Shown: positions 50,997 through 64,000, numbered from the stretch's first letter. The stretch: 64,000 bases of DNA from Zancudomyces culisetae HAW-14-8 (GCA_052426225.1 JBNJNM010000012.1:1612001-1676000); one strand, 5' to 3'. Notes: generated by a model from the sequence alone, not told the origin. Translations and numbers: made by a program.

Positions 50997-52095
50997 TCAA
51001 GACCTGGTTTCTTCAAGGTCGGTACCACCCACCGTTAGCCCAAGGACTCCACAGCCCGCCAATGGTTGCCTACTGGACTGTAAGACAAAACCGCCAGAGG
51101 ATGAGCCTAGCAATACGCCAGAGTTACTACAGCAGCTTTGACACTCGCCATTGCCTTTGTTCTCTGCTGCTGCATCACAAGTACTATGCATGACCACTGT
51201 TGTTGTCAGGGACAGCCCACTTTCATCAGTACCCAGCCGAAGCCGTTTGGACCCACCATCTTCACTTGCAGCTGTTGCTGTTGTTGTTGCTGTATCCTCT
51301 AGTGCGCGCTTGTTTCCTGTACTCTTTGTCTCACCTCTCTGTTCCTTAACCTTGCTATTTCGCCTTGCTGACAGCTGCAGCATTGTTACTTTTACTCTAT
51401 AATCCAATCCAAGCTGAACGCCTACATACGAAAAGAATTCTGACAACCGGCAGAAATCCCAATCTAGTGTCAAACTCTTCAAAAATGTTTCTTGATACAA
51501 TCTGTGTGGCCAAAATATAAACGACAAGTTACTCACAAGCTTGGCCACCTGGATACATGGCCAGTCTCGCGTAACCTCACGTATAAGCATCCCCCTTCGC
51601 GTTTCTCCCTCTAACATGCGTTCCCGCGCCTCATTCATTGCCCCTTTCATCTTTCTCTCCTTACCCACTTCTTGCCGTGGCATTGACCAATCTGCTGTCA
51701 CATGTCTAATTATCAGTGCAGCATTCTCAACCTTCCATGATGATATCAGCCATTTTACGGCGTTAATAATCCTATCAATTGGGTACTCGTTGGCTATTCT
51801 TTGAAGGTATGCCGCTATTATCAACGCATTCTCTTCGTTTTTCAGCCACACCTGGAAGGATGCATCATATAACCCATCCATCCTCCTGATATTTGCCTCT
51901 ACATCCTGCCAGTGTATCTTTCCTGCATCCAACTTTTGCTCGTATCTCACCAACGAATCTATTTTATTTTTTATGTATTTCGTTAACTTTCAATTCTTGC
52001 TATCTTTATTTTTATATTGCTCTTTTAGTAGTCTTACCTTCTGCCCACCACTCGCAAGCCTTTGCCGTATCCTTGAAGTACTTTGCTCCCTCCAT
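50997..52095 (-). CDS. Uncharacterised protein (~340 aa) with 16-17-aa Trp-terminated helical repeats and a low-complexity C-terminus. Exons 52095-52038, 51958-50997
   Basis: The long ORF lacks an ATG start (TTG). A 58-nt ATG exon (MEGAKYFKDTAKACEWWAE) with GTAAGA donor and ATAG acceptor joins it in frame. I recognise no family. Confidence 0.8.
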
Positions 52096-55000
52096 TTACA
52101 CAATTCTAAATATTTATATTTAACTTTTGTGCTAGAGACAAAAGTTCTTGTGCTATAATTGAATTTTGATCTTTGGGATCGGTTTAGTCGAGATTTGGAA
52201 TTGGTTCTCAAAGTCTGTAACTCTTTTTTTTCGGTCCTTTTTGTAAGTACACTAGTTTTTTCTTTTTTTATCAATAACTAATTATTCTGATTTACGGTGT
52301 CAAATATTCAAAATATTGCTTGGTCTTGTTCTTATTTGTATCTTATCTCTTTATCCCTTTATCCAGACTTTCACTATAGTTGCTTAACTTAGTAAACTAA
52401 AGAGAAAAAAGAAGAAAAGAAAGAGTAGATATGGAAGTACACGTCTCAAAGATACATGAAAAAATTCTTATATATTACTACGGTTCTAGTTCTAAAACAA
52501 TCTCGAATGCTCTTTTATCTAAAAAAATGAAAACTATTTTGTAGCAAGGTCTTAAATTTTTTCCACTTTACTACCATGTTTATTTCATGTGAGACTAATT
52601 TTCCACTAAAAAAAATGGATAAAAAATTTTTTCTTATTATATTGACCATTCAGCTATTTGTAAAATTCATAAACTATTGACATTCAAGTGTACAAAAAAA
52701 ATTTCATTTCAAATTTTCTCTCCAGGATTTTCATGTTTCATTACATTATTTGCCTTTTTTCCCCATTAGATTCTCAATATGTTCATTCCAGAATTATTTT
52801 TTTTGTCAAAAATCCTCGAAATAAAAAATGACCATAATGTTGGCTTTTCAATGGCAAATTGTCTTTCTTTGCTTTCACCATAGCCTTTAATTATATCCAT
52901 ATTTACCTCCCTTTTTTCAATAGTGCCTAGAAAACGCTAAAATGTTTTGGCTAAATCCACCTTTTTTTTCTATCTTTGCTACAAAATTGTGATAAGTACA
53001 TTTTTATTCGTGGTACGCTCTTTATTTTTTTTTTGTGCTATTTATTTACCTGTATCCTTTTTTTTTCACCAAAAGCTCGACTGAAAAAGATATTCAATGC
53101 CACACCCACGATTTACCTTGCTCTTAACTGATACCACAATCTTTTTGGCATTTCCATTCGGCTATCTATTTTTTACTTTGTGTGGATTTAGCTTTTTTTT
53201 TTGTGCAAGGTTTTTAAATGGCATATGTTTTTTTTTTGTATTTCTTATTGAATTTAGGATTTCGCTGCAAAAGGATATCATTTGCAAAGATTACCTCACC
53301 AATCACTAAGTGTCATCATTTTTGTTTTTTCGTTATAAACAGATTATCCACCAATAATCCTTATGTAAAAATATCCACTTTTTGTAAGCTGATTATGTAC
53401 TGGAGCAAATTTGCTCAAATTAAAATAAACAAAAACCAGAAAAAAAAACATCATGACGAATATCCCCCATTTAGAACTATTTTTGTTTTGCTAAACTCGT
53501 TAAGCTCCATAAATTAGATAGATAGCTATTCTAAACTAAACAATGCAATCATTGAACCAAAGTCATACAAACAACCTTCTTATGGATAACTATAAACACC
53601 TATTACTTGCTTTAAATGGGTTTGGCTGGGATTTTCTGTTTAATTCGTCTTTTATTTCTTAAAAACCTTCCCCCTCTCTCGACTTGTGTGTATTTGCTAC
53701 TTACATATTGTTTTACATTAACATGAGGTAATCCATAATTACCTTGTAGCTTCTAAACATTTTGTTTAGTATCATTTACAAACACACTCGTTTAAAACTA
53801 AAGGCTAGAAACATCATAAACCCGTCTGCCTTTTCTTGCTCTGTTTAATTCGAACCAAATGTAGTCTCCCACTATTATTAGATTTCAACTAACTCAATAC
53901 CCAGTGTATGATTTTACATTCTGGACCAGCTTCTCCAATGTTAAACCTTCTCGAACCTTGGGTTCGGTTGATACCTGTGCAATTTTATTTTTGTCAAGTA
54001 CAAACTCCATCAAAAATAAATACTACCAAGACCTTTTAATTCTTTGTTTCTACTACATTGTTTTAACACAGTTGTCATTTCTGCATAAACCATTTTTATC
54101 TATTAGTGCCTAGAATGTATAAAATATCCGGGGCACGTGCACACAAAAATTATGAAAAACGATAATAAAAATAAAAATGGAGGAACAAGCTATCTTAGCC
54201 TAGTCCTGTTTTTTAAGGTCACTTCAACATTATTGGCGTTATTATTGCGCTCATCTTTACTTCCTAAAAGCCAACTAAGTGCATAAATGATGAGCCTGTT
54301 TAAAATGAGGGAGGTTACAGAATACTATCCGAGCCCGCATTTGTGGTACTCCACCACATTTCCAACTTACATTATTTGCCGTACAAGTTCCCATGGATTA
54401 TAATATCTACTATTTATGGGACTCTATAAATTGTCTTTTCTTTTCTTTTCTTTTCTTTTCAACTGGGTATACTTATCTTTGACACGATTTAACATGCTAA
54501 ATAATGAACACCACAATTTGGAATTGAAAATATTTAACTGGTTTAAAAAGGTCCACCTTTTTTTTAAAACATTTAATATCCTTTGCAGAATTAGTATGAA
54601 GAAAAAAAGCTGAATCAAATTCTACTCCGCCTCAGAACAGCCTTTACTCCACGCAAAAACCGAATTCGGCTCGAAACCGCTCCAAATACATTGCCTCACC
54701 CCACTTTTCTCCATAAAAAATGCCTGCTTTTTTCTTTTTTACTTGCATTACTCCATCATCACCCCCTCCCCCAAACTGCTTTCCTTTGGCTATATTTACG
54801 CATCTGTTTTCCATTGAATTGGTGTTGTTTTGGCACAATATTTTGGGTCTTACTCAAATGCTCAATGATATGTGAAGTTATATGATGAAAATGATACACG
54901 CTTTTTATTTCGGTGTTTATAAACAATAAAGCAGTGAATATGTCTTTTGATTATATGTTCATTGGATTTTAGGATCTGTTCAAGACCTAAAACTAAGCTC

Positions 55001-58000
55001 ACCTACAATAAACTAACAAAAAAAAAAGTTCCCACGATAGTCTCAATACAATTTTGAAACATATTTTATTTAGCTATTAATTTCTCCGCTACAAGTGGCC
55101 TGTTTTAAGATGTTTTGCTGGTGTCTTTTTTTTGAACAGAAAAGATATAACAAAGATTTGCACCAAATGTTAGACCGTTATTGTTAATAGCAAAAGTAAT
55201 ATACATGGTGCACCCCTCCCCAAATAAAAAATCACATACTATGTTTTTTTTATGACACTAACTCTGGCAGGGAGCTTGTCCATCTTATAATGCAAGTCCG
55301 CAAATGTAAAAAGTAATAACGTTTTTGATGCTCTCAGTGTAACCAAAATGAAAACTGATTTCTACAACTGCAATGTTACAAGTTGAAAAAAATTAATATT
55401 AGCAAACATATTCTCAACAATTACCTTACTTTGTTAAAAAGCTGGCCTTCTTTCAGTAAATTTGTTTTTGTTGTTGCTAAACAAGCTTAGTAGCTAGATT
55501 AGTGCTTAGCATTCATTAGGACCAAGATATTTAACCACACATTTTTATATACCAAGGGCTTTTCGCCATTTACACCTTCTAAATGTACATTTTATCTGAT
55601 CATGGCCTTAACTCTTTAGTTCAAAAATACCTATCTTTTTTAGCACGTGGTTTCAATGCCGTACCAAAATTTACAGGTCGACTTGCACTTGGTTTTGTTT
55701 TGTCTTTTTTTTAAAAAAAGTAAGAAACAATCCCCGTTTTGGTTGTACTGATCATTCGTCTATCCGTAGTATAGCAACTGCAAACAATTATAAGATTCCT
55801 CGCGATTTTAAAAAAAGTTTATTTTTAAAATAAAGAACATACATACGCATACATACACATAAAAAAGCACTGCATGTTGCAACTCTTGAATGTTCATTCT
55901 CTGGATACGTTTACACTGATATATTATCCAATTGTAAAGAATTGCTCATTTTGGTTTGATTCAGCATTAATTGGCAGAATGCGTGTCTTTGCATTTTTCT
56001 ATTTAAGAAAAAAATGGTTCCTTTGAAAAAAGGAGAGGCGAACTACGGCAATCTGGCTTTAAGCAGCTTGAAGCCAATCAAGTGTTTATGACACGCACAT
56101 TGAAGTTTTTTAATAATATCCCTTAATGTCGCTATAGGATGCTATTGTTATCCTTTCTTTTTTTACATGTATCCTATTACAACTATTGATTCGGCAGATG
56201 TGAGCTCATCTCTCATATGCTACCTAGAAAACTATAAAAAAAAATCAACCCTGCGTAGCGCTGATTCAAACGGCTAATAAAGCCTGCACTTAATGATAGC
56301 ATATACACCATTTTTGTTCACCACCACCAAGCAGGTTGTTGTGTTTCAGTGTTAGCACACCTGAATTTTTATCTCTGGTACACTGCTTACTTATTTCTAG
56401 CCTAGTGCTTGAGATCTTTTGAGATTACTCCTAAAGCACATTTTTATCCTGCCATAAAGCCGAAATAAATAAATTCATTTAGAATTGGTGTGATCTTGAT
56501 ATCTCGTACTACATGACACACAGATGTAGACTTGATGTTTTTTTTTGTGCACCATTTGCAAAAAAAAGGTGGGAAAGCACGTATCTGATAGTATATAGCC
56601 TTTAAGAGCTGTAAATGCCTGGTTTTGCCGCATATATAACTAAAGCTGATGCCTCCGCCTGTTGCGTTTAATATGTCTTGTACACAGTATAATATTACTG
56701 ACATCCACTTTTGTTGTAGTTGTATTCATGTGTATATTATTAATTTGTCAAATCATTAAATCATTAAATCCAAACGAAAAGAACTTTGCTGACCGCTTAA
56801 CATCGTGCTACATGTACACAATACAGAAATACTGCATTTAAACAGGTTCTTGGGTATATGCTCAAAGTTGATTTATTTATAGTGGGAATATTTGGGTACT
56901 CAACCAGCCTTCTTGTAAAACATTTGCAAAGTTTGTATTTTAGACTAAAGCAGCTAGCTAGACAGAGCATTTCACTCTCTTCCTTGTTTTATATTCACAA
57001 ATAGTGTTAGCCCAAGCCATTAGCTTTGATAAAAAAAACGGCAAACTCACACATGAATTTTCTTTGTTTTTTTCCCCAGTCTGATCTATACTATGCTATT
57101 GTCACCAAAAGCTCTTCCATTCTACATATTGAGGAAATTGGTTTAATAATTAAGAGTATACTTGCCCTTTACTAAAACACCCTCCTCAATATTTGAATTA
57201 TAGATTTACGTAATCAATTGATTTTAATTTTTATCTTTTGTGTCATCACCAATCGCGATTTTCTGGGTTCAACAATAACACAATAGTGAATTTGAAATGA
57301 GAAAATACCACTGTTATGTGATATCCACTACCACCATTAAGTAAATGCTTTATGGTAAATGCTAGTTTTGTTTATTACTCGCGATGAGAGGCCTTGATCT
57401 ACTTCAAATTTAAGAAAACAAGCATAAAAAAAGCGTGCCAATAATGGTATCACTGAACTAACACCTCCTCCTCTTTGAAGAATCAGGAAATATAAATTGA
57501 GAGTTGAATATGAATCTAGTAGCAAGTACTAGAATAAATCCGATGTTCGGATACGATATCGTTTAAAGTTTAAAAAAAAGTTCAAGCTATTTAAGTCAAA
57601 GAAAAAATCCCTAATGGCTTTAGAGTATATATGTAAACCTCGTTTATTTACTTTTCTTAGGCATTGTTAGTCACCACCAATCGAAAGACATTGTCACCCG
57701 GAGCCAGTGTTATATTTGTTATACTTATCACATGTTATACGTTCGTTTACTCATTAAACTGTTGTCAAATAGAATATTCTAAAATGAGACAAGGTGACTT
57801 TGTGTAAAACAACATTTCGTTATATAGGGAGATAATAATAATAGTATTTTTGTTTTATTACCCACTAAAAACCCTGTGCGATTGTTAATAAAATTTTTCA
57901 GTCGTAGATGATTTATACATAAAGATATGCACCTATCTTTGTGCAATTCTTGCAGGATCTATTAATAGATGGCAATTTGAAAAAAATACATCTACGGGTT

Positions 58001-59236
58001 TCACAGTTTTAGCACTGTACCATTCAAATATGCGTTCATTTCTTTGTTGTCTTTTTTTTCCAAGTATAATAGATGGAAATACATAATGCTATTTGTCCGA
58101 TTTAAATTAACAAACTTAAATTTATTGTGTTTTATTGCCGCATTTCAACCACGACAGAGGTCACTGGAACGCAGTTTTGACCCTTTATAGCAAAAAATTA
58201 TACCTAAAACAACACACTAAGCACTAGTACTCAAACACAGGGTATATTGAGATGGACTGGTAATTGATGTGTGCTACTAATAATGCAAAATACTAACCAA
58301 AAAAATGGATTTCAAGAGAGACCATATAATTGTACGTGCTTTTATTTCAATCTTCCTCCTCCTTTGTCGTGTTTGGCATTATAGGGAAGATCACAAAAGA
58401 AAAAAGAAATCAATTTTCCAAAATGTCGTATAGGGAAAAATGAAACCGACAATTTAGTCATTTGCGTTTTAGGGAGTATAATTTTGTAAAGACTCCAGTA
58501 AATTTCCGTTTTTTATTTATGGACAAGATGGAGCTGTTGTTTACTCGCTATGAAAATATGATAATTAATGATAGGATCAGGTGCATTTGGAGTACATTTT
58601 TGCGTTCATAGAAATATTTGAAGTATTATCAAAGTATACACGCACATGAACTTGAAATTATTCTAAAATTATGTTATATCAAAGGGTGGTGGATTTACTT
58701 TGAAAAAAAGTAGAGGATTTTATTAAAATAAAGGTGCTTATAAAGGGTATATTGGACACATGATACTATTAATTGACAAATTCGATTATAAACTAACTGA
58801 TTCTCTTAACAACATAGCTCGTACAGATAAAAAATATCCCGCTTTTACCTAATCGGAAAATCTTTCTCCAGCCATTGTGAGGCTCAAGATAAAAAAAAAA
58901 GAACGGGGAAAGTTAGATTATGAAACTGGACGCAAACAATAATACAGGTGTAGTTGGAAGAACAACGTTCTATTCTAAACAATATCTGCCGAAGCAGTTT
59001 AACACGAATCTTAGGACAGGGAAACTTACGAATACATTAGATAAAGTAAAAACTATTATGCTGATGGAAATAAAACACTAGGAAAACAACACAACCACAA
59101 TAACCATTCTGATTGAAATCATGGGAATCACTTCCCACGTTCCAATAAAGTAGTGCGTGAAAGGTATACATCTATTTGAACATCCATGTAAAACAAAAAA
59201 TAAATAAGCAACGAATCTCAAAAACACACATGTATT

Positions 59237-60312
59237 CTATGTGTCCATGCTTGATTTCGAAAATTTACTTCGCACTCTTGTATTAGCCCTGATAGGGATT
59301 TTGATCCCTTGTTCAGAAAATGCTTTTGATAGGGCAGTAGAACCTACAAATTTTATAATTTTTTTTTTAAAAAAATAATACCATGGATGAATGGGCTGGA
59401 TCATGTAAAACTATTATTAAAGTTGGTAACTTACCAGTCATTCCGGGAAAGTTTTTAGCAGAATACACATCGAAGGGGGAACTTTGAACTTCAGATAACA
59501 CTTTGGCTTGTCGCAAGGGCTCGTCTATTCTGTTAGTACGTAATGTAAACAATTTTTTTAGATGTTCTGGCTGAATAGAAATGCTCTGACGCTTTCGTTT
59601 TTTAATGGCTATATCATTTTTAACAACAACAACAACAATAGGTCTTACCCATTTATATCAGTTACGGAAAATCGCAAGACAAACCTTCCTTCGGTTCGTA
59701 CGGAAAGGTCATTAAAGATAAAAAAGGTACCAAGGTTATTTTTATCATCACGGAGCTGTAGCCCTGAACTCGCTGTAATGCCGACCAGGTTTTTCATTTT
59801 GATAGGCTCGTGTAAAGATAGCACATTTACCGCGTTGTTGTATGTTGCAGCTTGTGGTGTTGGTAGAGATGCAGGGTTTATAACAAAATCACATTGGAAT
59901 GCCCCGTTTTCAGACCATAAAGTCACGGCTGTAACCATTTTGGAAGATTCTATATCGTCGAGTCTATTTTTGTTATTAAAATAACTATATGGAGTACTGT
60001 TGATTTTGGTATATATGTAGATTGTAATCGGATCTGTTCCTCTATACCAGCTTTCAGCCTTTTTTATACAAAAAAAAAGAAACGGCAATTAATAAAGTTA
60101 GTAAATGTTTACTCTACAGGGTTTTCATATTCATCGAAAGCGAAAAGTTGTACAACAGGGGGTGGATCTATTGGTCGACGGTCTTTTTCTCCGAATCCGC
60201 ACATTCGAGCTCTTATAGGGTTTTGAACAATCTTTAGACTGTATTTTCGACCGAGGGTTTTATGACTATCACTTGAGTTCCACATATGGGTTGTATTGTA
60301 GACGTTCTCCAT
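59237..60312 (-). CDS. Velvet-domain transcriptional regulator, ~238 aa. Exons 60312-60113, 59963-59649, 59529-59435, 59343-59237
   Basis: [90 protein letters not shown] together form a complete velvet domain. The RARMCGFG motif is VelB/VosA-like; the subfamily is not resolved. Confidence 0.94.
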
Positions 60313-63300
60313 CACTACTCTACTTAGTTCGTTTTATTTTTAAAAAAATATCGGGTGTATGTTGTGAATATTCAAAGTTTGTACCTAACTAATTATTGGG
60401 TATGGTTATAAGCATATGAGTTATACCGCAATACTCAAAAATTATCCTCTATACCACGACACTCAAAGGTATTTCGACCTTTTAAGTGGGTTTTATTTGT
60501 TTGTCTTCAGTAGCCACTAATTTTAAGAGTGGAAATAATGATAAATTTCAGTGTATCTTTTTGATATACGGTGTTTTCGTTGTACTATTAATTTAAACCA
60601 GGACAGGCGAATTCGAACTGTATATATATTAGATTTTTAGATGCATCCATTGAGAAATACATTTCCATAGTCGATTGTTTTTCCGTTTGTCCATTTTTTT
60701 GTGCTAAATCGTATTTGCCAGTGGAGCTTTTCTTTATCCTACAAATTTCCTTTCTTTTGCATATCAAAAAGTTTAGCTAATTTGCTACACTTTCTCTGAT
60801 TCCATTTGAATTATAGCACCCCCCTTCGTTGTTGTACAAAAATGTTCGGCAATTAAAAACGGGTAAATTAGTGCAGATTATGTTTGCCATTTTTTAAATA
60901 TTCTTGACAATTCACTGTTTACGGAATTATAAATAAAATTGCCCAATTTAAATACAAAACAGTAATGGTAATCAAGTTTATCTTTGAAACGCATTTTCTT
61001 TGCACTTTAGAAAAAAAGAATTTTAGTCTACTGTACCTCAAATCAGATTTACACTTGTCTAAACTAGCTTTTGATAATTAAAAAATAAATCACGCACATC
61101 TTGACCAGACTTACAGCTTGTATGTAGTACATTGCTGATCATTCTGTTTGAAGGTTTGGCAGTAGATGAGTAGAATATCAGGCGGTTGTTGTTAATGCAA
61201 GGATGTATATGCTATTATGTAATTAGGGCCACTTCTTCAGCTGATTGATATGATATTTGTCGACATTTGTAAATAATATTAAGTACCCGAGTTATAGGCC
61301 TATAAGAATATAAATAGTATAACTGAGCCAAATAGAGATACTCATTTTTATAGAAAATTGCTGGTACTTTTGAACTCATGTCGCATCCATTCTTTTGTCA
61401 ATCCATTATTTCGCCATTTGTTGGAAAAAAAAAATTTTTCGACTGCCCCCTTTATCCTTTTGCCCAATATTATCATTGACAAGAGTAATAATCTCTTCTG
61501 ATTTTAACGCATTGTTGTGCCTACCAGAACCAAATGGAACCTTAAAGGAATTCTTTGCGAAGTTTCTATTTATGTAAAGTTGTTATTTTTTTGTAGTTAC
61601 TGTCTCTAGTTAAAACACATATTCGAAAACATCAGTTATTTTTTAGGACTTATACTAATCAAAGTTAGGACAAGCTAAAACAAATTTTGATTATGATTTA
61701 TAAACTGATGTTGTTGTACTAAGTAAAGAGCTTGGAAAGAAGCGAAAATTAATCCCGACCCAAACATACCCTCACGAATACACATTTGGAGATAATGCCT
61801 TACTTTTTTTTTGTCAATGATTATATGCAAGCTTTCAATGTAGTGCAAAATACATGTGTTAAAATACGCAATTGCTTTATAATTTTGTTGCAACTAATCG
61901 TCCAATATCAACCTTGTTCCACAATTTAATTTACGGGGTTTCCCACTAACTCTGGCTAAGCACAAATCAACCACTCGCATATCAGGATTAAAAAAAACTT
62001 TGTAACAGTTAGGCACCTCAGCACTTGCTCATGGATGAGGCTATTTGCACAGAACAGACAGAAGTGGATTGCATCTTTTCTTTGCGTAACCAGCTCACAG
62101 AACTGCAGAGTAACGGTGATACCCCGATTTTCAATGTTTTTAGAACATTTTGGCGTACGAATCTAAAATTTATTGCATGAATTTGCTTAAACACCCAGAC
62201 TTTTTATTCTGTACTACCAGACGAGAACTATTCATTGAATCGTGTTCCAAATTTAAATCTTTGCAAACTTTCTACGGGGAATGTGATGACTCTCTCTTTT
62301 CCAAATCTTCAAGTTTTTTTTTTGTTCAGAACAGAGAAACAAATTTTTTGTAATGAGTAATTTAAGCTAGTGAGAAAGTACGCAATTTCAGATGATTTGT
62401 TATTGTTTTTAATGAAATAAAGTTTTTTTTTACTACAACGCAAGACAAAAAAAAGTAACATTGTTGCTGATTGGGAAGAACAAATTAAAAAAAACCAACG
62501 AGCTTAATCATTTATGCCTCAAAATTTATGATTATTATTTTTTCACGCTAATTTTAACGATTATCAAACCCAATGCGCTCTATTTGATAACAAATAGGAA
62601 AAGTGGCAATGTTCATGCATCAATATTTTCAAATACTGAATTTTACTAGCCAACTGCACTAAAGAAGAATCGTATCCATTACATACTCTTACTAATACAG
62701 ACTGTGATAAGAATAAGAATCAAGCAAATTCAACACTTGTTAAGTTTTACAATTCTCGGGTGTGCGGCATTTTTGAAATATGTATTTCCATAAAAGATCT
62801 AAAAATCAAATTAGCAAAAAATGCTATTTATTTTCCTAAAAAATAAAGATCGACGATTTATGAGAGCTAAAAGAGCTCAAAACAATTAAACAGCTTTCAT
62901 TAGACAATGATGCACATTCAATACAAAAAGATGCAACTGAACACATCTGCACAGTTTCTCCCCAACATAAAATGCCACCACAAAATGACGCCATATCTGG
63001 TAGCAGGGTGGGAGAAAAGGAGGGGTAATAAAGTATAACATATGCTTTGATAAAAATGGTTTCCCTTCTTTAACATGACCAAATGGCAACCCTGTATATA
63101 GATAGATGTTATCTAGTATTATTTCTATTTGGCGCTGGTGATGTTACTCCTGATATCCAAAGGTATTTGTATCAAAGAATACTTAGCGAGTCGCTTTTTT
63201 TTCATTATAAATTGGTACTACGACCAGGAGATTTATATTACCTTATCACACATGATCCGATTTTAATTAGGCTCAAAAGATATATTTAAATAAGTGAAAA

Positions 63301-64000
63301 CAGGAAAACCACACTAAAAAGTTATGGCTAAACGGCCATTTTAAAGAAACCAACCAGACACTTTTTAATCGAATTTTTTATTTTTGTTGGGGGGAAGGGG
63401 AGAAAAAAAAAAAAAAAGAAAAAGAAAAAGAAAAAAAATGTATAAATAGTTAGGCGGGTATAAAATATGAACAAGAGCATTGGAAAACATTCATTATACT
63501 TTGGAATTTTACTCCCCCCCACAACGGGTTACAAATACTTGTTCTTTTAAGCGTTATAGTTTTATCTTTGCTAATAGACATTCTTCTAAAGGAAAAAACA
63601 ACTAACCGCAGATAAAAAAAACCCCCAAACTCGTTTCAATGACCCGAATCGAGCATTTTTATTGAGAATCTTAATGTACACCCCAATATATGTAAAGCTA
63701 AAGCTAATGAGTGCACACAGGATTAGATAATGTTAACGTAAATTACCTTTTTCAATTTACCCATATATTGAAATGCCTTGGGTAATTCTTAACATATCGC
63801 ATTCCCATCTTCAAATATATTACCCAATTTATTATCATTTAGTGGTATAAACTCTCAAAAGTAGTAAATTTTCCATTACCTGACCAATGGCTTGAGAAAT
63901 CACCGAAAAAGTAACTTTAGTCATTGAATCCATGCTCTTACATACATACATACATAACAAATACACGTGTTTATCTTTGATAGTGTTTGTTCGATGCAAT

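Noticed and set aside
54286-54330. ATGATGA...AAA...GA segment resembling a SECIS or C/D-box snoRNA (some early-diverging fungi use selenocysteine)
   Set aside because: Pairing is weak, there is no proper D box, and none of my gene models needs an in-frame TGA.
12670-60312. Apparent concentration of chromatin/transcription genes (UBR7, SFH1, TOA2, cyclin, ESA1, velvet) as a functional cluster
   Set aside because: They are interspersed with unrelated housekeeping genes in mixed orientation. Without synteny data this is compatible with chance.
1-64000. Transposons, CRISPR arrays, U12-type introns
   Set aside because: No transposase/RT motifs, LTR/TIR pairs or repeat-spacer arrays were seen. 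None of the modelled introns has an RTATCCTT donor.

Overview
This is eukaryotic, AT-rich genomic DNA with short GT-AG introns. The gene set (velvet regulator, Pma1-type H+-ATPase, Sfh1, Esa1) indicates a fungus, probably an early-diverging lineage; Kickxellomycotina/Harpellales-like is my inference and is untested. By manual splicing I can support 15 protein-coding genes and one tRNA. In order: PMA1, a Nup85-like nucleoporin, tRNA-Lys(UUU), UBR7/Mlo2, cofactor-independent phosphoglycerate mutase, SFH1/SNF5-family subunit, a ~4290-aa BEACH protein, TFIIA-gamma, WDR26/Gid7, an 84-aa RPEL-repeat protein, a cyclin K/Ctk2-like cyclin, eIF1AD, EMC5/MMGT1, a TMEM70-like protein, ESA1, an uncharacterised Trp-repeat protein and a compact velvet protein. 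The RPEL and EMC5 genes are absent from the ORF track; TFIIA-gamma, the cyclin and velvet appear only as fragments. I found no transposon, CRISPR array or prokaryotic-type system, and nothing here is demonstrably a new multi-gene system. The best leads are: (1) the uncharacterised protein built from 16-17-aa Trp-ended helical repeats; (2) a velvet intron whose branchpoint is fused to the acceptor, with a competing frameshifting acceptor 5 nt downstream; (3) a strong 5'-to-3' synonymous-codon and base-composition gradient inside genes; (4) a stand-alone RPEL microprotein; (5) a 7-bp minisatellite plus an ATCGAT palindrome cluster far upstream of PMA1.
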